Assembly (NCBI GenBank): GCA_051362555.1
Contig: CM120640.1
Coordinates: forward strand, 55,158,788-55,222,787
DNA: 64,000 nt
Reading direction: 5' to 3'
Origin: Lingula anatina
Lineage: Eukaryota; Animalia; Brachiopoda
Shown here: piece by piece, positions 27,101 through 37,500 of the stretch
How positions within the stretch are numbered: position 1 is the stretch's first letter
Layout of the letters: every line of letters begins with the position of its first letter
The notes under the pieces: generated by a model
Told to the model about the DNA's origin: nothing
Databases searched by the model: none
What the model saw: the letters and a program-made list of their open reading frames with translations, nothing else
Made by a program: the position numbers and the translations under genes

Positions 27101-29550
27101 ACTGGGCTGCCTGATTTATAAACTTTAAGGGACATTTGAGAAGATTCTCAAATAAGTAATACTTCAAAATATTGGTCAAAAGAGATTTTTTTGTGCATGA
27201 TGAAACTCCAGTTAAATAGTAGCTTTCAATACAGTTCAATGTGTCACAGTCAACTGCTCAAAGAGGTTTTCATATTCCATCTATGGAACTGCAATTCGCG
27301 CTTGAAACTCCAAAATAGAGACTACATGTATTTATATAGGATTAAGCATAACTGTTGTTTCCTTACAAATTTGTGACCACTGGTTTTACATTTTTATAAA
27401 ATGCACAACATGGAAGAAAAATAATAAAATCCCTTCTATCATTTATTTTCACCACTAAATATTGTGATGTATTTCTTTATATTGCGCAGCTCCTAAACCA
27501 TATGGAAAACAAGAAAAATGGACACCACTTTCAGTGTTGCACTTGACAAAATTATTACAAAAGTATTATAAAATGCAACAAACAAGAGTTAGGTCTCTAT
27601 CATTAACGGTTCCAGATTTGGAGAGAATTTTAGTTTCGGCATCTAATGGCTTTTTCTTCCAGGGAAATGCACTGACTGAACCCTAACTCCCCAAGATGAA
27701 AAGTGTCCCCAATTGTAACCACTCTGTCTCACTATAATATGAGGACTTACGTCTGTATAGTTACTGAAAAAAAATATTTTTGCAGAAAATTCCCAATTTT
27801 AGAAAATTTCAGCCCGTTAGCCCTTGAAACAAAGGTCAGGGGTCAAATCCAAGGGCATATTTGGCATCTCCACATATGACTTTAGTTCAGACTTCTATAT
27901 AGTAACTTTTCCCGTAATTCTTTCTGTTTGGAAGATATTTAGCATTTAGTTTTCTAAAATTTGGACAAGGGTGCATTGTGATGAATGCCATACCTAGACA
28001 GTGCACCCACAGAACTCAAAATTTACGTGGAGTATTACGTGATTATGTGTGACCACAATACAAGAGATGGGGACACAGTCCCTTGTAGTCTAAGAGGAGA
28101 AGAGGTTACTGTGTTATGGCGGTGGAGCCGGCAGATCGGGCGTATGAGGCAGGCAAGATGGGTCAGGACTAAATCCATGTGTACCGCCAGTCTGCAATTA
28201 GTATGATTAAGATATCCCAGTATGAAATTAAGTGTGATTAATTTGAGAATGGAGTAAAGAACATAACAGACAATCGAAATTTCTCTATGTATAAAAGATC
28301 TGTTTTGCTAAAGAATGATTTGTAAATAATGTGTGGAGGTTGCTGGGTCAAGATCGTCAAGTTAACAGTTCTTTCAAAAAGGAAAAAAAAATCAGGAATG
28401 TTCCCCCTTTTAGGCTAATGTTTGGCTATCTATTTTATTTTCCATATCATGTGATTAAATGACTAGGCATTTCAAATTAACATTGGCAGTTTTATCATGA
28501 AGTGTTTGAGCAACAATTTTTGTTAAGATGAATTTTCATATTTTTCTGCACAACCCACCTCCTTCAGTGATAGCTGATTTAATAATCTTACAACTTCACT
28601 GCTAACATCATCTCTCTCTTTTTCCAGCTTTTCAATGGAGCCATTGAGCAGCTTCACATTTCCCTATAAAGTAGAAAAAAATGACTGGGATAAAAAGATG
28701 ATTTTTACCAATTTTTATGGTTTTTACCAATTTTCATTACATTCAATCATGATGTTTATAATTTCTGTACAAGTAAAAAATTTTTACCAATTTTTATGAT
28801 TTTTACCAATTTTCATTAGATTCAATCATTATGTTTACCAAATTTCTGTATATGCATGGAAAAAATCCAAATTCAATTCTTATTTTTTGCTATGTGAATA
28901 ACTATCTCCATGGGGACTGTTCTTGCAGTTGATGAGACAGTATCTCACTATCTGCACAACATTCTTGATAATAATATATATATTTTTAATCCATTTATAG
29001 CCAGGATGCTAAAAAAATGCATTTTACCAATAAACTGGAGTTCTGCTCTTCTTGTACTTTCAGTTCAGCCTGAACCAGATCCCTTTCCTGTGTAAGACGT
29101 TTAACTTTTCTAGTCATTTCTGTCACAGAATCTTCTAAAATTTTCTGAAATTGGTGAACATTATTTACTTAAGCAGAATTTTTACATCTTTCTTCCATTA
29201 TTTAGCCACATTAATTTTTTTTAATCATTATTTTGCTGAGGCCTGCTTAAAACAAAATGTATCACTCCTTCATATTAATTTATGCATCATACCAGTACCT
29301 TATCACTTTCGAGTTCTTTGATTTTATCTGTATTATCAGTTCTTTCTAAAATCAGCATATCTGAAATAATGTGTGAAGATAATCTCAAGAATGTGTTCCT
29401 TCATAAAAGTCCCAATGTTAGTACTGAACAGAGGAAAGACAATACTTGGGTCTGTTCATGCACATCCACAAACAAAATTGCACTTAATATATTTGTTAGT
29501 TGGTAAGCATTTTATCTGTGCACTTCAAACAACTCAAAATAACTTCAGAA

Positions 29551-29581
<31 letters not shown>

Positions 29582-30277
29582 ACAATGTTATACCTTTAGT
29601 CATCTGTAAGTCTTCCATTAACTTTTGTGATTTAGACATATTATCTTGCAAAGCAATCAATCTGAAATCCAAGGTCATTTTATTTTTATAGATCAGAACT
29701 TATCTATTATTTAATGTGTTCAAGTTTAATAGATTTAAAACAAAACGTCATCAACATATTTTTGGTATAAAAGTTTAGTAAAAAAATAATAAAGGAAAAA
29801 AAATGATTTCTTTAAGTCATGCTTGATGTATGTATATTAACTTCATAAGTAAACAATTGATGGTTTATAATTATGACTGATCTAGAAAATACATTTTGAT
29901 AGTGTTTTGTATGAGTAAATATGGAATTAATAAATCAGTGAATGAAATCTAAACGAAAAAGTTGAAAGCCACCAACAATAGGAATACATAATTATTGATC
30001 AACTCTGAAAATTTCAAGTATTTAAGTTATTATCAAATCAAAAACACACTGACAGGTGTCAAAACTGTCACACACTGTCACTATCAGACGTCACGTAGAC
30101 CAGCATTGCAGTTTTTAACTTGAAATTTTTTTTTTGGTGTGAAAACTAAGAAAGTTAAAGTCATGAAATTTTAAGCATATCAAAACATCATTTTCCTAAA
30201 ATGCCCCAAGTCTCATTGCAATATTTTCAAAACTGTTGTAGTTATTGAACTTTGAAATTATGAATTTTTTTAGCAAC

Positions 30278-30339
<62 letters not shown>

Positions 30340-30937
30340 CTTTAATCAGGAGATTTTGAAAGATATACACTTGTATACAAATAAGATGTAACTAAAACTA
30401 AGAATACAAAATAATGTGAAACACTTATAAAACTGTTTTAAAACTTACTTTGCTCTTTCCTGTTTCAATATATCCTGCATTTGACTAAGGTCGTCTTTAA
30501 GGCTTCCTAGTTTCTCTACATAAAGCTTTTCCGTTTCATCAAAATTCACTGCTAGCTTGTCTTTGTTTTCAATTGTCTCTGCTAATTTGTTTTTGGTTAA
30601 TTCAAGTTCTGTTTTCAGTTTTTCTTTTTCATCCTATTAAAACATCCACAGATTTTAAAATATAGAAAATAAACAGCCACACTTAATTTAGCAATACTTA
30701 TGTACAATTCCTTAATAAATTTCCTTAATAAACATTGTTCATCTTAATTTCTTTTTATTTTCCCAATGAAAATGACATAAGTTTAAACGAAAATCAACAT
30801 CACTGTAGATCACCTCAATGCACAACAATTTTTCACTCAGAGCTTTTATCCGTTCTTCTAGGTCCTTTGAATTACCCTGGCATACTTGCAATTTACTCTG
30901 AAGGTTTTCTATAGAGAAACAAACAAAAATCATTATC

Positions 30938-30968
<31 letters not shown>

Positions 30969-33900
30969 TTATTAAGCCAATAAAATACAAATGTATAAAA
31001 TCGGGAATCTTTTGCCCTGTAGTAGCGCCATTGAAATATAAAAAATGAAAATTAAAATTACATGTTAGAGTTAAAAATAGTTACTGCCGAAGGATAAAAG
31101 CTATTTAAAAATCGCTTACTACCCTTAAAAGCTAAGAGTCTCGAATTGCTAGGTAAAAATTTAAAAAGGGTATGGGCTGGATGGGAACTGTCTGTCATTA
31201 TTGATAATGTTTTCTTTTTAGTCCTGTCTAGATATATAGTATGGACGGGAGTTAGATCTGTTCCAATTACAATCCCTGCAGTTTCGACGATCTTTTCCAA
31301 CTTGTTCCTCTCCTCCACAGTTGCACGTCCATACCAAACAGTTACTGAATAAGTTAAAATACTCTCTAAAACACACCTGTAAAAGTTCGTTAAAATAAAC
31401 ACATTTCTGGTAAAAGCTTTCAATTTCCTTAAGAAATACATTCGTTGACGTGCCTTTTTCAATAGCTTCGTGATGTTATCGCCCCAGGTTAACCTATTAT
31501 TCAGCTGAACCCCTAGTAATTTATAATTAGAAACCTGTTCGACCGCTTTACCGTTAACTTCCAAGGGATTTTTACTTATCTGATTTCTTCTGAAGTCTAT
31601 GATCATTTCTTTTGTTTTGCTCACATTTAATATCAAGTCATTGTCTGTGCACCAATTTACTAAACTTGTAACCAACTGCCTGTATGACATCTCATCATTA
31701 TGGTGTATCAAGCCGACTAAAGTTGTGTCATCGGCAAACTTCATTAAAAATGTATTTTCCTCCCTTGCCACACAGTCATGGGTGAATAACGTATATACAC
31801 AAGGTGATAAGACGCAGCCCTGGGGTGTGCCAAGTGTTTAAAACTATAGTGTCCGAGAAGTTAAAACCGACTTTTACTGACTGTTTTCTGTTTAAAAGAA
31901 TATCTTAAATCCAATCGCAGAGTGCTGGTGGAAAATTAAGATCATCCAAAAGTTTAAAATACAATTTGCTTGGTACAATAGTATTAAATGCTGAGCTATA
32001 GTCAACAAATAAAATTCTAACATAGGCATTTTTACAATCGAGATGTTCGAGAACTTTGTGTAAACACATAGAAAGAGCATCGTCTACACTTCTGTTACTG
32101 CGGTAGGCAAATTGGAGTGGATCAAAGCTATTTGGCACTAAAGTTTTAATAAAAGACAGAACAAGTTTTTCGAATATCTTCATAGGCACTGGTGTCAAAG
32201 CAACAGGACGGAGATCATTTAAATTCTCTACAGTTTTACTTTTTGGCACAGGTATGATGGTTGCTGTCTTCCATATTTCAGGCACTCTGCACATTTCAAT
32301 TGACCAGTTGAATATTTCCGCGAACACATCTGAAAGCTGGGCTGTGCATTCCTTTAAAAGTCGTGATGTTATACCGTCAGGGCCTGGAGCTTTCCTGGTG
32401 TTTAAAGCCGAGAAATAACACTTGACTTGCCATGATTGAATAGTAAATGGCGGCACGCGCTCCCCTAGGGTTGGTGTGTGGACCTGAGTGTGGTTGGTCC
32501 TATCAAAACGAGAATAAAACTCATTCAACTTGTTAGGGAGTGTGGAGTCCTCTGTATCAACGGCACGTCTGGACCCTTTATACTGTGTGACCAGAGCGAT
32601 AAAGCATTACTTATGTTGTATGTTATTTTTTCAGCATAAACAATTGTTTCTTGGGCAATTAGATTGGGGGCGGGGGGTGCATGGATGAAGAAGCCCCCAT
32701 ACCCTCCATATGTGATGCACTCTCAAAGGAGTTAACAATCACGCAGGCTATTGCCTATCCATAGTCTGGTCCTTAAAATGAGATTTCATCCAATATTAGA
32801 AATACAAAACTCAATGCAACAGATCTAACAAAATTTTTTAAAGCAATCTTGTTTAATGGTGGTTAGTGCTTAGTAATGGACACTGAAACACTTATTTTAG
32901 CATAGACATGAAAGCAACTGTTTTTGACCTGTCTGTAAACATTCAGTCATAATATCAAATTTCATAGCAAGAGAGGCATTCATGTAGCCTATATCATAGA
33001 CGTTAATAATTTCAAGCATCAAGAATTTTTTTACATATATATCAGATTCTTATGAAAATCAAACAGTTCATTCTGGGTCTTTCACCTATCTACAAAAAAG
33101 TTTGAAAGAAAAATATTGCTGGGCGAATTTTTTACCACAAACAAACAAAAGCACCCACAAATGAACAGACCAAAAGACTTGCAAAAATTTTGTAGTAAGT
33201 AATAAATGTTCTTGATGTTAAGTTTGCAAATATTTCAAACCAACCAACTGTCTGCTGTAGAACTTCAGCTTCTTTTTGGTTTTCTTTAAGTGCAGCAGAG
33301 AGGCTATCCAATTCATCAAGCTTGATTTCCAACTGTTTCTCTACTTCCAGCATCTGAAAAATGAAAACAAGTCATTACTATATTTGGAAGATAATTTAGC
33401 ATTTAACTTGCAGCCTAATTAATCAGTCATTTATAACTGTGCATTTTTTTGTCATTTCACCTTATGTTTGTTACTGTAAGAGGTGCTATTTACTTTTGTA
33501 CTCCAATTCCAACAATGAGGCACTTTTATGCTTTTAGATGAAAATCTTTATTTTTTGTGGATACACTTTGTATTAGTGAAGTTTTTTGTCATTCAAACTC
33601 TTTTGGTAAAAGTTTTTGACTTGCTAAGCCACTTTCTGCTGGAAAATTTACCAAAAACAAAGCTTGTATTTCAGATTAGAAAAATACATAATAGAATAAA
33701 ATGAAAATGAATATTAGCTCCTTTAACATATTTGAATTATTAGAACATTAAGACACATCAAACCTCAGTTTTAGACTGGACTAGTTTTTGTCTCTCCTCT
33801 TCTAAACATTTAGCTTTTTCCTCTTTTTCTTTTATCACTGAAAACCATGTAAAGGTATGTGAAGTTAAACAATATAAATGGTTTCTATACCTGTAAAATA

Positions 33901-34449
33901 ATCAAAACATTGTCTTTCAGACAAAATATTTATATACAATACAAGAGTGATTTTATGTTAAAAGGATGAGTTATACTAACATTGGTTGGATAATGCATTT
34001 TGCTGTTCTGATGATGTAAGTTGTAACTGCTGAAACTTGAAAGACAGTTCCTGGAAAATCAAAATAAGTGTTATTTTAGAATTGAATATGAATATAAACA
34101 TATCCAGATGCAAGCTTTTTCACAACCACAGCTTAATGGTAAAAATCATCTTATCAGAACTGACCTTATCCTAAACTGACATGTTTTTAGTATAGTTGTA
34201 ACCTCTTACACCCCATTTCCATAGATTTTTAGATCGATCTATCCCTGTGGGGAGTCTCACTAGATTACTGTCAGCTTGGCCGGCTTAAGCGTCTGTCCCG
34301 CCTACTAAAAGCTGTAAGGGTGTAATTAACTATGGTGCCCGTTTGGCTGACTGCAATTTAGCGTGAACCCCCAGGGAGTTAAGTCGATCTAAAACTTATC
34401 TTTAGATCGATCTAAATCTCTGGGAAAGCACCCTAAAACATTTCAAAAC

Positions 34450-34500
<51 letters not shown>

Positions 34501-37500
34501 ATTACCTCAAATTTACTGCCATAGTCCTTCTGCAAGTTTGACAATTCTGTTTTTTCTCTTTCACCTAGAATAAAAAAAAGGAAAAATTAATATATGCATA
34601 CAGACATTCACAAAAAAATTAAAACAAGGCAGCAAAGCTGTCAAATGTACAGACAAAAGGCAGAAAATAATAATGCACAAAATTGGCTGCTGTCAATTCT
34701 GATGCAATAATACATTGTGCTTAACTGCAAAGTCAACATCAAATTTTGATTACCCACAATAGGCAATAATGATGTAAATAAAACGTATAACAAGCATAAA
34801 GCTTCTTGCCTATGAGAGGTCAAGTTCAAACTTTGAAAAACCAGAATGAGAACAAAGCAGCAAAGCTCTTAAATGTACAGACAAAAAGCAGAGAATAATA
34901 ATGCACAAAATGCCCAAAATAGTTTTCTTCAATTTTGATGCAGTATTATATAATGCTTAACAGCATAATGACCACCAATCTTCAATTATGCACTGCAGGT
35001 AACATGGATATTTAGAAAATGTGACTAGCAAAGGTCTTTAGGCCCATAGAACTTCAAAGTCACACCTTGAAAACACCAAAATGTAAACAAGAGATAAATG
35101 TTCTGAAATGAGTTTCCATTTGCAACACTTTTTTTTTAATACAAAAAACAAAATAATCAACTTACTGTCATTTTTATATGATCAACTAAGAAAATTATTC
35201 AGATGGGAATAAATATCAAATTTTAAATGTCCATTCAATTTGCTCCATTCTGAGCTTCTGAACATAGTGAATGGTTGAATCTGACAAACTGCAATGATAT
35301 GAGTTTATTTCCATTTTTTACACTTTACTACACAATACACGATAACAGGTTTACCATCATTTTTATATGATCAAATAACAATATTGCAAAGATGCAGAAA
35401 AAAGGCATTACTTTATCAAAACTGAACTGATCAAGGTTATTTTCAAAGTTGATCTGTATATTAGTCCTATGAATCAGTCCTATAAGTTTTAGGCAAAATA
35501 TGACACGGTTTTCGTGTTTTCTGTATAATGGTGGATATAATATGCATCTGTGTTGGTATACAAAAAGGTCCAATAAAGCTGCCATTAATAACTTCAGTAA
35601 GTTTGACAATAATAAGTCACACAGATATCAATTTATTGTGTTAACAGCACAGTGACACTGACGATGACACTGATAGATACAGGTGATGGCTATATGACTT
35701 ATGAAAACTAATATGACATATGAACACACCAAAATTTTACATAGATTTTATTGAACTAAATCAATACTTACATTGAAGCAATTTTTCATCCAAACGGGAA
35801 ATATGGCTTTTTAGCAGTGCACATAGTTCTCTTGTTGCTTCAACTCTTTTTAAAATGAAAAATGTTTTCAAGTTACAAAAAATAAAGCTTAAACATAAAG
35901 AGAAACACTGAAATAGATGGTTTAGTATATTGTCAATTCTATCTTAGCATCAGATTATGATTAAGTTAGCAGAGATGCAGGTAAAACGGTCATCAAGTAA
36001 AGGCATTCTATGGATCTATTGAATGAACTTTCTATCAGTATGACTATCTTTCTAAGTTCCAATAAAAGATTTTGGTCTTTTTCTTATCAATAAAAAGATA
36101 AAAAATGAAATAAAAAACTTATTCTGTAAGCTAAATTGATTTATGTCTCTGTTATACAGTGAGCATTTTTCACAAAATGTTTCAAATTCATTATAACCAC
36201 AACAACAAATAAAAAGAAACATTAAACAAACAATTTAATTTTACTTTTTTGCAATTTCTTCCTGGTTTTCCAGTTCCTCCTGAAGTTTCCGACTAAGCTC
36301 TTCATTTTGCAACTGCAAAAAGATCTCACAGTAATGAAAATATAAAGATGTGAAAATTACCATTTACTAGTACTGATAAAACCTACTATGAAATACATCA
36401 TTGAAAGAAATTTACTTAGATTACATGCCATCCTATTTTCACACCAACTTAATGTAAACTGAAATATTATTGAAAAGCATCCATATTATACTACCTGAAG
36501 ATCAAGTGATAAAGACCTAAGGGACTCTATAGTCTGCTTTCCTTCTTGAATTAGATGTTCCTAAAACAAATAAACAAACAAAAAACATGTACCACAACTT
36601 AAGGGGACTGAACAAATTACAAAGATAACATAAAGCCTATCCAACTACCAGACACAGCACCAAAAGATCCAGAATTTACTGGTAGATGGGATCGCGCTAC
36701 CAGTTTTCAAGGTGTGTATCAGTATGCATTTCACAATATCATACCCGAACAAATTTTGCAAGATGACTTGTTTAACCCCTTACAGGATGTGCTTCTGCTG
36801 GCAGAATTAGACCTAGTATACTAAATTAATATTAAAAGACTGCACCTAGTTATTTACGTAACATCACTGGCTATGTTCAAACCTTAACTTTATGTTAAAA
36901 AATCACAGTATTGTTCCAGTTATTATATAAACTGTGGAAAATAGCAGTAGCACATGAATTTTGATGAGACGCACTAATCTCCAACCCTGTGTACCAAGAG
37001 GGTGCCGTGTCTGATACCTCAAAGTGCGTACTGATACACATCTTGAAAACCAGTGGATTAGTTGGCTTGGCCTGGTTTCACAAAAAAAAAAAAAAAAAAA
37101 AAAAAAAAACTGAAGTCAGGTTCCCTGTTACATGATCACATGGCACATCTTATCAGGAGCAGTGTAACAGCACTCTCATGGAAATCCTAGTAAACTAAGC
37201 CAGGGAACTGATTTTGGGGTAAAGTTTTTTTGTGAAACCAGGGTCTGATCTGCGTTGAATTCTGGATCATTTGGTACAGTGTCTGGTAGTTGGGTAGGCC
37301 TGAATATGAAGCGTTATTAAGGAACAGGAGCACTTTATTGGCACAGCTAGAACAACAGCTTACAACAATTTCAATTGCATTTTCAGTACTTTTTTCTTAC
37401 TGTCAAAAGCTAACTTTACACCATTCATTCTTTGAAAAATAGGAATTAAAATGCATTTCCTACTTAATACATTTTGTAAATATACTTGAATTTTATTGTT

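Noticed and set aside
31058-32528. RT ORFs as a domesticated or functional reverse transcriptase
   Set aside because: The element is 5'-truncated with no endonuclease domain, and has an internal stop, a frameshift and a typical LINE tail.
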